This document shows positions 1-10,450 of a stretch of DNA of 64,000 nucleotides, piece after piece. Location: positions 1,120,001-1,184,000 of the forward strand of contig CAVOKF010000005.1 in NCBI GenBank assembly GCA_963696385.1, written 5' to 3'. Positions within the stretch are counted from its first letter, which is position 1. Each line of letters begins with the position of its first letter. Origin of the DNA: an uncultured delta proteobacterium. Lineage in GTDB: Bacteria > Myxococcota_A > Polyangia > Polyangiales > Polyangiaceae. A model generated the notes under the pieces. The model did no database searches, was not told the origin of the DNA, and saw nothing but the letters and a program-made list of their open reading frames with translations. Made by a program: the position numbers and the translations under genes.

Positions 1-473
1 ATGGTCATTCTCTCTCGATCGAGCGGGAACTCGGTTCCGGGCGCCGGGCCGGCCAGCATGACCAGGCGATTCGGGCGATCCAGCAAACCAGCCGCTCGCG
101 ATTGCGGCGCGCTCGGCACCGTTTGCTTCCAGTCCCCCTCCGTGACCGGCTCGGCGTCGTCGGCGAGCGCCTCGTCCTGAACGACGATTCGGTAATCGCC
201 GACCTGGATCAGGTCGCCGTGCCCGAGATCCTGCGCGTGGGTGATGCGTAGTCCGTTGACGAAAACACCATTGTAACTCGTCCGATCTTCGACCGCGAAA
301 CGCTCTCGTTCGGGGCTATGCGATTTCTTGTAAATGCGAGCGTGATCGCGCGAGACGTTTCGCTCCGTCAGCCGGATGACGTTTCCTTCGCGACGGCCTA
401 TCGAATACTCGTCGCGCGTGAGTGTGACGACCGTGCGCTTGCCTTCGTCGTCCTCGATGACCAGCTTCCACAT
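1..473 (-). CDS. FHA domain-containing protein (partial, runs off the left edge; probably tandem FHA)
   Basis: Not in ORF track. Manual translation from ATG at 473: MWKLVIEDDEGKRTVVTLTRDEYSIGRREGNVIRLTERNVSRDHARI...EDRTSYNGVFVNG...HGDLIQVGDY, with the FHA GR, SRxH and NG motifs. A second FHA appears to start at RLVMLAGPAPGTEFPL. Confidence 0.9.
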   Translation of the reverse strand, partial: MWKLVIEDDEGKRTVVTLTRDEYSIGRREGNVIRLTERNVSRDHARIYKKSHSPERERFAVEDRTSYNGVFVNGLRITHAQDLGHGDLIQVGDYRIVVQDEALADDAEPVTEGDWKQTVPSAPQSRAAGLLDRPNRLVMLAGPAPGTEFPLDRERMT

Positions 474-610
474 GGCGGTCCGCTCGCGCTCACGGTCCGA
501 TCAGATGAGATCGGGGGAAATGGAATCAGGCGCGGAACTTCCGGCAACGCGTGACGAGCGGCGTGTCAGCAAGTGTAGCGATCTCGCCACGCGGGATGCA
601 AGCATGGTCG

Positions 611-1345
611 CTATTCCACCCGTTGCGGCTCGCCGGCAGGCAAGAGCGCGAGAAACCAGTCGCGAGCCGCCGTGACCCGGGCATGGTCTCGACCGTCGAA
701 CGTCAGCTTCGTCTTGTATGTCGCATCGAGCCATTTGGGGTAAGAGCCCACGGACACATCGCGAAATTGAGAGACGACTCGATCGAGCAGCGGCTTCAGC
801 TCGCCCTCATCCATCTTGACGTAAACGGCGCGAGAGACGAACGCCCGACCTCCGCCGAGCTTGGCGACGACGACCGGAAGCTTCATCCGGAACACCTCCG
901 GGATGCCCGGTAGAAGCCAAGTGTTGCCGAGGCGGATCGTCGGCCACGTGATTCCGGCGGCGACTTCGAGGCTAGCGCCTTCCGGCAAGAGCGCCATCCG
1001 AAGGTGCCCCTCGGTGCACCGCTCCTTATAATGCTCGCGCAGCATCGACTCCATTTCCGCAGATGAGACGACTCGTACACGAAAAGCCTGGGCCACTCCT
1101 TGGATCGTGACGTCGTCGTGCGTTGGACCGATGCCCCCGCTCGTAAATAGCCAGTCATGGGTACGAGAGAGCTCGTCCACCTCGTGCGCAATGGTGTCAA
1201 CATCGTCCATGACGATGACCACGCGGCGCAGAAGGACGCCCAGCGACCGCAAGGTGTCCGCGAGTACGCGAACATTGGCCTCCTCGACTTTTCCCGCGAG
1301 GATCTCGTTGCCGATGACGAGTGCTGCCGCGGTCGGCGGTTCCAT
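611..1345 (-). CDS. CinA-like / molybdopterin-binding (MoCF) domain protein
   Basis: ALVIGNEILAGKVEEAN, SGGIGPTHDDVT and LPGIP motifs; ATG at 1345 chosen as start. Confidence 0.88.
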   Translation of the reverse strand: MEPPTAAALVIGNEILAGKVEEANVRVLADTLRSLGVLLRRVVIVMDDVDTIAHEVDELSRTHDWLFTSGGIGPTHDDVTIQGVAQAFRVRVVSSAEMESMLREHYKERCTEGHLRMALLPEGASLEVAAGITWPTIRLGNTWLLPGIPEVFRMKLPVVVAKLGGGRAFVSRAVYVKMDEGELKPLLDRVVSQFRDVSVGSYPKWLDATYKTKLTFDGRDHARVTAARDWFLALLPAGEPQRVE

Positions 1346-1417
1346 TGCAAGCTCGGTCCCCACGTTACACGGATTCGGCGGTTGTCCCCGGTTCGTAGTA
1401 CCCTAACCCAGGCGTAG

Positions 1418-1843
1418 ATGCGTAAGCTGCTTGTGGTCGAGGATTCCCTTTCGGTGCGCGCATTCGTCCGCGCCGTGGTCGAGGCGCCGGATTTTGCAAC
1501 GCCTCATGGAGGGGTGGAAGTCATCGAAGCAAGCAGCGGCTTCGAAGCGATGCGCCTTCTTCCACGCGGTCCGTACGACCTCATCATCACCGACATCAAC
1601 ATGAGCGACATCAACGGCCTGGAACTCATTCGCTTCATCCGCAACTCCGCCCACCACGCATCGACGCCACTCCTCATCGTATCGACCCAGCGGGCCGAGC
1701 ACGACGTCGCGCGTGGCCTTTCGCTTGGGGCGGACGCATATCTCTCGAAGCCATTCACGCCCGAGCAACTGAGGGCGTCGTGCGAGAGCCTGCTCGAGGA
1801 GCGACATCCGGTTGGAGTTGAGCCGGTCGACTCGGGACGTTGA
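1418..1843 (+). CDS. cheY: Single-domain response regulator (CheY-like)
   Basis: LLVVEDS, IITDINM (phospho-Asp), YLSKPF; first gene of the che cluster. Confidence 0.9.
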   Translation: MRKLLVVEDSLSVRAFVRAVVEAPDFATPHGGVEVIEASSGFEAMRLLPRGPYDLIITDINMSDINGLELIRFIRNSAHHASTPLLIVSTQRAEHDVARGLSLGADAYLSKPFTPEQLRASCESLLEERHPVGVEPVDSGR

Positions 1844-1847
1844 TGCC

Positions 1848-4130
1848 ATGGTCGAAGGCGGGGGCGGCGGTCGTGGCGACGCGGTAGACAAAGCCCGCGA
1901 AGAGTTTTTCAGCGAGGCCCAAGAACTCATCGACACGCTAGGGCGCGACTTGCTGCTTCTCGACGCTTCCCTGAAGAAGGGTCGGGTCGAGGCAGAGGTC
2001 ATCAACGACGTATTTCGCGGAGTGCACACGCTCAAGGGGCTGTCCGGCCTCTTCGGAGCGACGCGCATATCGGTGCTTTCGCATCAATTCGAAGACGCAC
2101 TCGACGATTTGCGCCTCGGGCGCATGGAACTGACGACCGCGATTCTCGACTTGTTGTTTCAGGCGGTTGCGCTCTATTCGCGACTGCTCGCCGTCGAGAA
2201 GGGCGACGCGGTGGAGCCAGTCCAGGAGGTCGAAGAGCTCCTTGTTGCGCTCGGTCACATCGCGGCGCCGAGAACGGGGAGTACGGCTGGCGTCGTGGCC
2301 CAATACGATCTCGACCCCGGCCTGTTCGGCGTTCTCACCGAGTACGAAGAGCATCGCCTACGGGCCACGATCCAGCAGGGCCTCAAGCTCTATCGCATAC
2401 GGGTTCGCTTCGCGCTGTCGACCATCGATACGGCACTCGAGGATCTCAAGGCCAAAGCTCGACCGCACGGAGAGATCATCACGTACTTGCCGACGGGGTC
2501 GCCCGTCGACTCCGAAGCGATCGAACTCGAGATTCTGATGGCCAGTCACTCGCGACTCGAGCCGCTGCGCGACGCCGTACAGGGGCCCAACGCGTCGATC
2601 GAAGAAGTTCCGCGTCGACCGACCGCAGCCCCGCAACCACCGGTCGGATCCGTTCAATCCGGCCGCGGCTCCACGGCGGATGGCTCCAAAGCGCCATTCC
2701 AAAAAAACGCCGACGGTGCCATAGCGACCGTCGCCCGCGCGTCCGACGACCCGGACTTGTCGGTTGTCGATCGCCCAGAGCCCGCGTTGACGGGACCCGG
2801 CCTGCGAGGCCAGTCGCGGGCATCGGCGTCCGGCCATGATCCGGCGCCGTCGGCGGGCGAAGTCTCGCTTCGTTCGGTCAGCCAGACGGTTCGGGTCGAT
2901 ATTCGAAAGCTCGATCGGCTCATGACGATCGTCGGCGATCTCGCGATCGTCAGGACAGCCATGGCGAGGTTGACGGAACGCGCGCGCGGCGGAACGACGG
3001 GCCCGCGTGAAATGGCTACCGAGTTGCAGCGACTCAGTCGCACTCTCGAGCGCCACCTGGCTCAAATGCAGGGAGGGATTCTCGAAGTGCGAATGGTCAC
3101 GCTGGGCCAATCTTTCGAAAAGCTGGCCCGCATCGTCCGACAAATTTCGCGCGAACTCGACAAGGAGGTAAACCTCGTCGTCACCGGGGCCGAGACCGAG
3201 ATCGACAAGCTGATCGTCGAAGAGCTCAGCGATCCGCTGATGCACATGATCCGCAACGCGATCGACCACGGAATCGAGCGGCGCGCCGACCGACTCCGGG
3301 TCGGCAAGCCGGCGGTCGGTACCATCGCGTTGAACGCATTCCAGAAGGGCAATCACGTCGTCATCGAGCTCGAGGACGACGGCGCGGGCATGGACTCGAA
3401 CGCGCTCCTCAGCGCCGCGATTCGGAAGGGGATCGTGACCGCGGAGGAAGCTCGGGAGCTGACTGCTCGAGAGGTGTTCGGGCTCGTGTTCATGCCGGGC
3501 TTTACGACGAAGGAAGTCGCGACCGATCTCAGCGGCCGGGGAGTCGGGCTCGACGTCGCCAAGACCAACATCGGGAAGCTCGGAGGCGTGGTCGATATCG
3601 CGAGCGACGTGGGCATCGGCACCAAGATGACGATCACGCTGCCGATTACGTTGGCCATCATCAACGTGCTGCTCGTCGATCTGGCCGGCCAGCTCTTTGG
3701 CATCCCCATTTCGACCGTCGAGGAGGCCATCGCTCTCGAAGAAAAACACGTGCGGGCCATCGAGTCGCGCGAGGTGCTCAGCGTGCGCGGGGCATCGCTG
3801 CCCATTTGCCGCCTCGACCGCCTGTTCGAGTCGAAGAGAGGGCGCCCGGTCGGGCGTTCGTTTGTCGTCATCGTGCGTGTGGCCGAGCGAAGGCTCGGGT
3901 TGGTCGTCGACGCGCTGGTCGGCCAGCAGGACATCGTGATCAAGCCGCTTGGCAAATCGCTGAAGACCGTTCGTGGGTTCGCCGGCGCAACGGAGCTCGG
4001 CGATCAGCGCGTGGCGCTGATCTTGGACGTGGCCGCGCTCATCGAGGAAGTGATCGCGCCGGCCGAGACGCGGTTTCTCGTGGCGGCGGAAGACTCCAGC
4101 CGACGGGCTGCCGGGGTTCGGAGGGCTTGA
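1848..4130 (+). CDS. cheA: Chemotaxis histidine kinase CheA
   Basis: Hpt FRGVHTLKG, TVRVD dimerisation, HMIRNAIDHG, DDGAG, SGRGVGLD, C-terminal CheW-like domain. Confidence 0.96.
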   Translation: MVEGGGGGRGDAVDKAREEFFSEAQELIDTLGRDLLLLDASLKKGRVEAEVINDVFRGVHTLKGLSGLFGATRISVLSHQFEDALDDLRLGRMELTTAILDLLFQAVALYSRLLAVEKGDAVEPVQEVEELLVALGHIAAPRTGSTAGVVAQYDLDPGLFGVLTEYEEHRLRATIQQGLKLYRIRVRFALSTIDTALEDLKAKARPHGEIITYLPTGSPVDSEAIELEILMASHSRLEPLRDAVQGPNASIEEVPRRPTAAPQPPVGSVQSGRGSTADGSKAPFQKNADGAIATVARASDDPDLSVVDRPEPALTGPGLRGQSRASASGHDPAPSAGEVSLRSVSQTVRVDIRKLDRLMTIVGDLAIVRTAMARLTERARGGTTGPREMATELQRLSRTLERHLAQMQGGILEVRMVTLGQSFEKLARIVRQISRELDKEVNLVVTGAETEIDKLIVEELSDPLMHMIRNAIDHGIERRADRLRVGKPAVGTIALNAFQKGNHVVIELEDDGAGMDSNALLSAAIRKGIVTAEEARELTAREVFGLVFMPGFTTKEVATDLSGRGVGLDVAKTNIGKLGGVVDIASDVGIGTKMTITLPITLAIINVLLVDLAGQLFGIPISTVEEAIALEEKHVRAIESREVLSVRGASLPICRLDRLFESKRGRPVGRSFVVIVRVAERRLGLVVDALVGQQDIVIKPLGKSLKTVRGFAGATELGDQRVALILDVAALIEEVIAPAETRFLVAAEDSSRRAAGVRRA

Positions 4131-4132
4131 CG

Positions 4133-4621
4133 ATGGTCGATCCGGGACGGGCGAGAAACGACCGGCGGGCGGCTCGCCGCACGGGCAATGCCGGCAAGCG
4201 CACCGAGTATCTGGCGTTTGGCCTCGCGGGAGAGACGTACGCCGTCGAAATCGCGCACGTCGCCGAGATCCTCAAGCCCCCGCCGATCACGGAAGTGCCT
4301 CGCGCCCCGTTCTCCGTGCTCGGCGTCATCGGCGTGCGAGGCAAGCTCGTGACCGTGATGGACTTGCGGCGGCGCTTTCACGTTCCCGAAGCACCCGCCG
4401 ACCGAAAGACGCGCATCCTGCTCGCGGACGTGGGTCGAAGCGAGCAGATCGGACTGTTGGTCGACGAAGTTCACCAAGTCTGGAGGCTGGCCAGCGAGGA
4501 TATCGAGCCCGCTCACATCTTGGGCTCCGATCAACCGGCGCATGTCGCCGGCATCGGCAGGCCACCGGGAGGGGCTTTCCTGCTTCTCATCGACCTTCGC
4601 GCGATCTTCGAGCCGGCGTGA
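4133..4621 (+). CDS. cheW: CheW adaptor
   Basis: EYLAFGLAGETYAV...ITEVPRAPFSVLGVIGVRGKLVTVMDL...GLLVDEV. Confidence 0.92.
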   Translation: MVDPGRARNDRRAARRTGNAGKRTEYLAFGLAGETYAVEIAHVAEILKPPPITEVPRAPFSVLGVIGVRGKLVTVMDLRRRFHVPEAPADRKTRILLADVGRSEQIGLLVDEVHQVWRLASEDIEPAHILGSDQPAHVAGIGRPPGGAFLLLIDLRAIFEPA

Positions 4622-4640
4622 AAGAAGGAGCACGGGCATC

Positions 4641-5159
4641 GTGTCGAATCGAAACCGCCATGACCCCTCCAAGAGTCTCGTAGGCTTCGTGGTCGGAGAG
4701 GTCCACTATGCTGTTCCGATTGCGCGCGTGAAGGAGATCGCCAATCCGATGCGGTTGGTGGAGCTCCCTCACGCGCCGGCGGCCGTGATCGGCGTGGCCG
4801 AGTTTCGCAGTGACGTCGTGCCCGTGGTCGATTTGCGCGCTCGTTTTGGGCTCGCGCCCACGGCACGCACGCGAAAGACAAAGTGGATCGTCGTCGACGT
4901 GGCGAACCGAACGGCGGCGCTTGTCGTCGACGCCGTCACCGAAGTGTTCGGAACGAAAGGAACCGAGCTGCAGGCTGCACCGACTCTCGGGGGCGGGGAA
5001 GACGTGCGCGGTATCGCGGGGGTCACGCGCTACGACGGCAGGCTCGTGTTCGTGCTCGACGTCAGTCGACTCCGAGAACTCACGGACTCGCTCGCTGCAT
5101 CGGGGCAGATCGGCCCCGGCGCGCAGTTGTCCGCTCGGCCTCCGGAGCCGTCGGCGTGA
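4641..5159 (+). CDS. cheW: CheW adaptor (second copy)
   Basis: LVGFVVGEVHYAV...LPHAPAAVIGV...VPVVDLR...LVVDAV; AAGGAG RBS before GTG 4641. Confidence 0.9.
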   Translation: MSNRNRHDPSKSLVGFVVGEVHYAVPIARVKEIANPMRLVELPHAPAAVIGVAEFRSDVVPVVDLRARFGLAPTARTRKTKWIVVDVANRTAALVVDAVTEVFGTKGTELQAAPTLGGGEDVRGIAGVTRYDGRLVFVLDVSRLRELTDSLAASGQIGPGAQLSARPPEPSA

Positions 5160-7294
5160 GCGACGCCGCAGCCGCTGTCCGCTGGTTGTTGGACCAGGCC
5201 GAGCCCGAAGCGCGGCGTGTCGCGGTGCAACAGATTGCCAAGGTCCGCGGGCGCCAGGCCCCGGAGCTCTTGCTTCGCGCGCTTGGCGACGATGACTGGC
5301 GCGTTCGCAAAGAGGGAACCCTGGTCGCGCCTGCCCTCGAGCAGCGCGAAGAGGTCATCGCTTCCTTGGTTGCCGCACTCGAGGAGACCATCAACATCGG
5401 TCTTCGCAACGCCGCGGTCGAAGCGCTCGTCGTCATCGGTCCCGACGCGGTGGGGGCGTCGGTCGATGCGTTGTCCCGGCTGGACGCCGACGCCCGCAAA
5501 CTCATCGTAGAGGTTCTCGGCGGCATTGCCGACGCGCGGGGAACATCGGCGCTGGCGCTCGCGCTGACCGACGACGACGAGAACGTGCGCGTGGCCGCCG
5601 CCGAAGCGCTCGGGACCGCGGCACTGGCCGGAGAGGACTCGCGCGAAAGGGCCATCCGGGCGCTCGCCGATGTGCTCGCCACGAGCAACACGTTCTTGAA
5701 GATTGCCGCGCTCGAATCGCTCGCTCGCTTGGCCGCATGCTTGCCGTGGGGGATCTTCGAACCACTCGCCGCCGACCCGCTGCTCCGTCGATACGCCATC
5801 GCCGCGGCGTCGGCGTCGCGCGAGCCTCCGGCCGTCCGGGCCCTGGCCAAAGCCGTCGGAGACGCTTCGCCCACGATCGCGCGCGATGCATTGGTCGCGC
5901 TCGGCGATCTTCTGGCGGTGGACCCCCACGATGATGCCCTCGTTGGGGCCGCCCGCGAGGCACTCGACGCGGCCGGTCACGAGAACGCCCGTCGCGCGGC
6001 GGGCGATGGAGAAGATCCTCGCGCTCGCGCCGGGGCTTTGCTCGTGCTGGGTCTGCTGAGCGATTCGGCGGACGTACGCTTGCTGGCCGCGGCGCTCGGA
6101 GACGACGACGTCGCCGAGCGCGCGGACATGGCGATTCGGCTATTCGGCCCGGCCGCGATCGCCCCGCTCCTCGACGTGGCACGCGGGTCATCCCCTTCGG
6201 TGCAAGCGGCCATACTCACTCTCGCAGCGTCGTTCGAAGGGGCGAGCGTCTTCGACGTGCGCGCGGCTGTACGCGCAGCGCTTCGATCGACATTCGCCGA
6301 GGTTACGTCGTGTGCGGTCGAGGTGCTCGGCATGGTGGGCGATGCCAGTGATCTTCGTCGTGCCGCGAGGTTCGTCTGGCATCCGGACGAGCGCATCGCC
6401 GCCGCCGCCACCAATGCCGTGTCGGGGCTCGCCGCTCGGCACGTGAGCGCGGCACGCGAGCTTCTGCGCGAGTCGCAACCGCCGAATGACCCGGTGGTGC
6501 TTGCGTGCATTCTGCTCGGCGCGATCGCCACCATCCAGCCGCTTTTGCCGGACGACGTGCGCATCCTGCAGCGCGCACTGTCGCACGACCACCCGCAAGT
6601 CCGGCGCGCGGCCATCGATGCGCTCGCGCAGTCCGGCGGTTCTGCGGCCGCGGACGCCGTGGTCTTCGCTCTTTCCGACGAGGAGCGGGAAGTGAAGCTT
6701 GCGGCCGTCCGGGCGCTGGGACGTCTCGGAAGGGTCGAACCACTGATCGCGGTCATTGCGGACACCCGAGATGCCGTGCTCACCGCGACGGGGCTCCGGG
6801 CGCTCGGGGAGGCGGATCCGCAGCGCGCGGTCGCTGCGGCTCGTCCGCTCGTGCGCCATTCGGACCCCGCCATCGCCTGCGCCGCGGTGGAGGCTATCGG
6901 TGCACTCGAGCGCGCCGACCGGTCTCCCGTGTCGGACGACCAGCCCAATCGCGAACAAGTGCTCTTCGCTGCACTGGATCACGCCGACACGGAGGTGGTC
7001 AAGCTTGCGCTGTCACTCGTGGGGTCGCATCCGGGAGCTCAGGCGCTGGTGCGTCTAGGACTCTGCCTCGACCATCCGTCGCCCGAGATCCGTCGCCACG
7101 CGGCCGAGTTGCTGGCGCAGGACAAGGGGACGGTATCGCAGGGGCTTCTTCGGGTGCGTTACGAGCGCGAGCAGGATCCCATCGTGCGCGAAGCCATCGC
7201 GCTTGCCGTTAGTCTTCGGCCCTCCGGCGACCCTGCCGGCAGCGAGCGCGGGGATTCGGGGGACGATTCACGGGAATTCGAGGCAGGGCAATAG
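5156..7294 (+). CDS. HEAT / PBS-lyase repeat protein of the chemosensory cluster
   Basis: Repeated LxDxDxxVRxAAxxALG units; GTGA overlap with cheW. Confidence 0.9.
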   Translation: MSDAAAAVRWLLDQAEPEARRVAVQQIAKVRGRQAPELLLRALGDDDWRVRKEGTLVAPALEQREEVIASLVAALEETINIGLRNAAVEALVVIGPDAVGASVDALSRLDADARKLIVEVLGGIADARGTSALALALTDDDENVRVAAAEALGTAALAGEDSRERAIRALADVLATSNTFLKIAALESLARLAACLPWGIFEPLAADPLLRRYAIAAASASREPPAVRALAKAVGDASPTIARDALVALGDLLAVDPHDDALVGAAREALDAAGHENARRAAGDGEDPRARAGALLVLGLLSDSADVRLLAAALGDDDVAERADMAIRLFGPAAIAPLLDVARGSSPSVQAAILTLAASFEGASVFDVRAAVRAALRSTFAEVTSCAVEVLGMVGDASDLRRAARFVWHPDERIAAAATNAVSGLAARHVSAARELLRESQPPNDPVVLACILLGAIATIQPLLPDDVRILQRALSHDHPQVRRAAIDALAQSGGSAAADAVVFALSDEEREVKLAAVRALGRLGRVEPLIAVIADTRDAVLTATGLRALGEADPQRAVAAARPLVRHSDPAIACAAVEAIGALERADRSPVSDDQPNREQVLFAALDHADTEVVKLALSLVGSHPGAQALVRLGLCLDHPSPEIRRHAAELLAQDKGTVSQGLLRVRYEREQDPIVREAIALAVSLRPSGDPAGSERGDSGDDSREFEAGQ

Positions 7295-8244
7295 TGCGCC
7301 GGGTGCCGCCCTCCGCGGACGGGATCACGCTCAAAGCGGACGAGTTCCGGCTCTTGCGCGATCTATTCGTGGCGCGCACAGGTCTCCACTTCGGCCCCGA
7401 GACGCGATTTTCACTCGAGCGGCGTCTTCGCGAGCGCCTTATCGTGCTCAAGCTCGCGTCGTTCGCCGAATATCACCATTATCTGCGCTTCGCCAAGGCT
7501 GCGGATGCGGAGTGGGACGAGGCGGTCGATCTCCTGACGACGAATGAAACCTATTTTTTTCGCGAAGAACGTCAGTTGCGCGCATTTCAAAACGAGCTCT
7601 TGCCGCTCCTTCACCTTCAAGCTCGACCGCAGCGCAGGCTGATCATCTGGAGCGCGGGCTGCTCGACCGGCGAGGAAGCGTACACGGTCGCCATCCTCGT
7701 GCATCAGTCGGGCTTGTTTTTGCCTCGGCGCACGTCTTTCGATGCGGACGTAAGTGGCCGCGTCAACGGGGCGGCGCCGCCGTGGGACGTGCGGGTCCAT
7801 GGATCCGATATTTCCCGTCGATGTGTGGCCGCCGCGCGCCGCGGCGTCTACTCCGAGAGCAGCTTCCGAGTCACGACGGACGAGCAGCGTCGTGCGTATT
7901 TCGTGGCGCGTCCGGAGGGGGGCTGGCAGGTCAGTGACGTCATTCGGCCCCTGTGTTCGTTCGGTCAGATGAACCTGCTCGAGGACCGATCCCGCGCTCT
8001 CGGTCGGGTCGACGTCATCTTTTGCCGGAACGTGCTCATTTACTTCGACGCGCGCGCGCGCCGGGTGGCCATCGAGATGCTGTATCATCGCTTGAACCCC
8101 GGGGGCGTGCTGCTCCTGGGCCACTCTGAGTCGCTGCTGAACGTCACGACGGCCTTCGAGCTGTTACATTTGAAAGACGATCTCGTGTACCGTAAGCCCC
8201 TATCCGCGCGCAGCCCGAGCCAGTCTCCGGGCCCACTTTCGTGA
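7294..8244 (+). CDS. cheR: Protein-glutamate O-methyltransferase CheR
   Basis: LTTNETYFFRE, IWSAGCSTGEEAY, DVIFCRNVLIYFD, LGHSESL. Confidence 0.96.
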   Translation: MRRVPPSADGITLKADEFRLLRDLFVARTGLHFGPETRFSLERRLRERLIVLKLASFAEYHHYLRFAKAADAEWDEAVDLLTTNETYFFREERQLRAFQNELLPLLHLQARPQRRLIIWSAGCSTGEEAYTVAILVHQSGLFLPRRTSFDADVSGRVNGAAPPWDVRVHGSDISRRCVAAARRGVYSESSFRVTTDEQRRAYFVARPEGGWQVSDVIRPLCSFGQMNLLEDRSRALGRVDVIFCRNVLIYFDARARRVAIEMLYHRLNPGGVLLLGHSESLLNVTTAFELLHLKDDLVYRKPLSARSPSQSPGPLS

Positions 8245-9326
8245 CCCCCCACCGTGCGCGTCCCATCCGGCTGCTCGTCGTCGACGACTCGGCCTACAAC
8301 CGACGAAACATCGCGGACGTCTTCGCCGATCACTCCGAGGTCGAAGTCGTGGGCAAGGCGGCTGACGGCGAAGAGGCGCTCAAGCTCGTCACGCTCCTGA
8401 AGCCGGACGTGGTGACTCTCGATCTCGAGATGCCGCGGATGGACGGGTTCACGTTTCTTCGCATCCTCGCCGCGACGACGCCGACCCCCGTCATCGTCGT
8501 CAGCAGTTACTCGCAGCGCGAGAACGTCTTCAAAGCGCTCGAGCTCGGGGCCCTCGATTTCGTCGCCAAGCCCGACCGGCTGACGCCCGAGGCGATGGAG
8601 GTCCGCGAAGAACTGCTCAAGAAAGTACTCCTCGTCCGTTCGCTGGGGCCGTCGTTCGTGCCTAAATCACTGGTGCGGCGGCAGGGCAGCGGGGCGTTTA
8701 CGGTCGATGGAGCTGCGGCCGGGTTCGAGCCCGCCCCGGCGCGGCCTGCTGCGCTGTATCGGCCCCCGAAGCGCGTCATCGCGATCGCAAGCTCGACGGG
8801 GGGGCCGAGCGCCCTCCTGCAGCTCTTCGCCCGCTTTCCCGCGACGACGGCTGCGGCGTTCGTGGTCGCACAGCACATGCCCGACAAGTTCACGCGGACG
8901 TTCGCCGAGCGACTGGACAAGCGTGGTGCGGTGCGAACGGTCGAGGCGACCGACGGCGATTTGCTCGAGCCCGCGACGGGGTTCATCTGCCCGGGGCGGA
9001 AGTGCATGGAGCTCGTGAAAAAAGGGTCGGAGTTTCGGCTGCGCGTCGGTCCTGCGGCCGCCACCGACCGTTACGTACCCAGCGCCAACCGGCTCTTCAA
9101 CAGCGTGGCACCCCTCGGTCCGTCGTGCATCGGCGTCGTTCTCACGGGCATGGGCGACGACGGGCTCGAGGGCGCGCGCGCGATTCGCGACGCGGGCGGC
9201 ATCATCATCGCCGAATCCCAAGAGACGGCCATCGTGAACGGGATGCCCGGCGCGGTCGTGCGCGCGGGCCTCGCGTCCGAGGTCCTTCCGCTGCCAAGCA
9301 TCGGCGAATATCTATCGAAGTTCTGA
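8241..9326 (+). CDS. cheB: Chemotaxis methylesterase CheB (REC + esterase)
   Basis: [30 protein letters not shown]; catalytic triad intact. Confidence 0.96.
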   Translation: MTPHRARPIRLLVVDDSAYNRRNIADVFADHSEVEVVGKAADGEEALKLVTLLKPDVVTLDLEMPRMDGFTFLRILAATTPTPVIVVSSYSQRENVFKALELGALDFVAKPDRLTPEAMEVREELLKKVLLVRSLGPSFVPKSLVRRQGSGAFTVDGAAAGFEPAPARPAALYRPPKRVIAIASSTGGPSALLQLFARFPATTAAAFVVAQHMPDKFTRTFAERLDKRGAVRTVEATDGDLLEPATGFICPGRKCMELVKKGSEFRLRVGPAAATDRYVPSANRLFNSVAPLGPSCIGVVLTGMGDDGLEGARAIRDAGGIIIAESQETAIVNGMPGAVVRAGLASEVLPLPSIGEYLSKF

Positions 9327-9330
9327 TCGC

Positions 9331-10443
9331 ATGGCCAAGCGTCCCGTGGCTCGAATTCCTGAACATCGGGGCGCCGAACCGCTCGGTGACCCCGTACGTG
9401 CGATCGACGCGACGCAGCAGCAGGACGATACCCAGTTCGACCGCACGCTGCGGCCGCGAACCTTCGCCGACTACATTGGCCAGACCAAACACAAGGACAA
9501 TCTGCGCGTCTTCGTCGAGGCCGCCCGGCGTCGCGGCGAGCCGCTCGATCATCTCCTCCTGTCCGGTCCGCCGGGGCTCGGTAAGACGACCCTCGCCCAC
9601 ATTCTGGCGCACGAGATGGGCGTCCAGGTCGTTACCACGAGCGGCCCCGTGATCGAACACAAGGGGGCGCTCGCAGCGCTTCTCACGACGAAGCTCCAGA
9701 AAAACGACATTCTGTTCATCGACGAGATTCACCGCCTGAACCCCGTCGTCGAGGAGAGCCTTTACCCGGCTCTCGACGAGTCGATCATCGACATCATGAC
9801 CGGTGAGGGGGCGTTCGCGAGCGCCGTGCAGATCCCGCTCCAGCCGTTCACGCTCGTGGGGGCAACGACGCGAACGGGACTGCTCACGGCGCCTCTGTTC
9901 TCGAGGTTCGGCCACGTCGTCCGGCTAGACTTCTACCCTCCCGAGGATCTGGCTCGCATCGTCGTCCGGAGCGCCAGGCTCCTCACCGTGAGCCTTGATG
10001 CCGAAGCGGCGCACGAGATCGCCCGTCGCTCCCGCGGGACACCGCGCATTGCCAACCGGCTGCTGCGCCGCGTTCGCGACTTCGCCGAGGTGCTCGGCAC
10101 TGGGCGCATCGATCTCGAGGGCGTTCGCGACGCCTGCGCGAGGCTCGAGGTCGACGAAGCCGGTCTCGACGAAATGGACCGGCGTTACCTCACCGTCGTC
10201 ATCGAACACTACGACGGAGGCCCGGTCGGCGTCGATGCACTCGCGGCCGGGCTCGCCGAGCCGCGGGACACGCTCGAGGACGTGGTCGAGCCGTTCCTCA
10301 TTCAGCAAGGTTACGTGGGCCGGACGCCGCGAGGTCGCATCGCCCATCGAAAGGCCTACGAGGCGCTCGGTAAGAAGCCGCCCGCACCGGGGGCTCCGCC
10401 GGGAGAGCGGTCCGGAACCCCGCAGCGCGATCTGTTCGACTGA
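9331..10443 (+). CDS. ruvB: Holliday junction branch migration helicase RuvB
   Basis: [52 protein letters not shown]. Confidence 0.98.
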   Translation: MAKRPVARIPEHRGAEPLGDPVRAIDATQQQDDTQFDRTLRPRTFADYIGQTKHKDNLRVFVEAARRRGEPLDHLLLSGPPGLGKTTLAHILAHEMGVQVVTTSGPVIEHKGALAALLTTKLQKNDILFIDEIHRLNPVVEESLYPALDESIIDIMTGEGAFASAVQIPLQPFTLVGATTRTGLLTAPLFSRFGHVVRLDFYPPEDLARIVVRSARLLTVSLDAEAAHEIARRSRGTPRIANRLLRRVRDFAEVLGTGRIDLEGVRDACARLEVDEAGLDEMDRRYLTVVIEHYDGGPVGVDALAAGLAEPRDTLEDVVEPFLIQQGYVGRTPRGRIAHRKAYEALGKKPPAPGAPPGERSGTPQRDLFD

Positions 10444-10450
10444 GCGCGCA

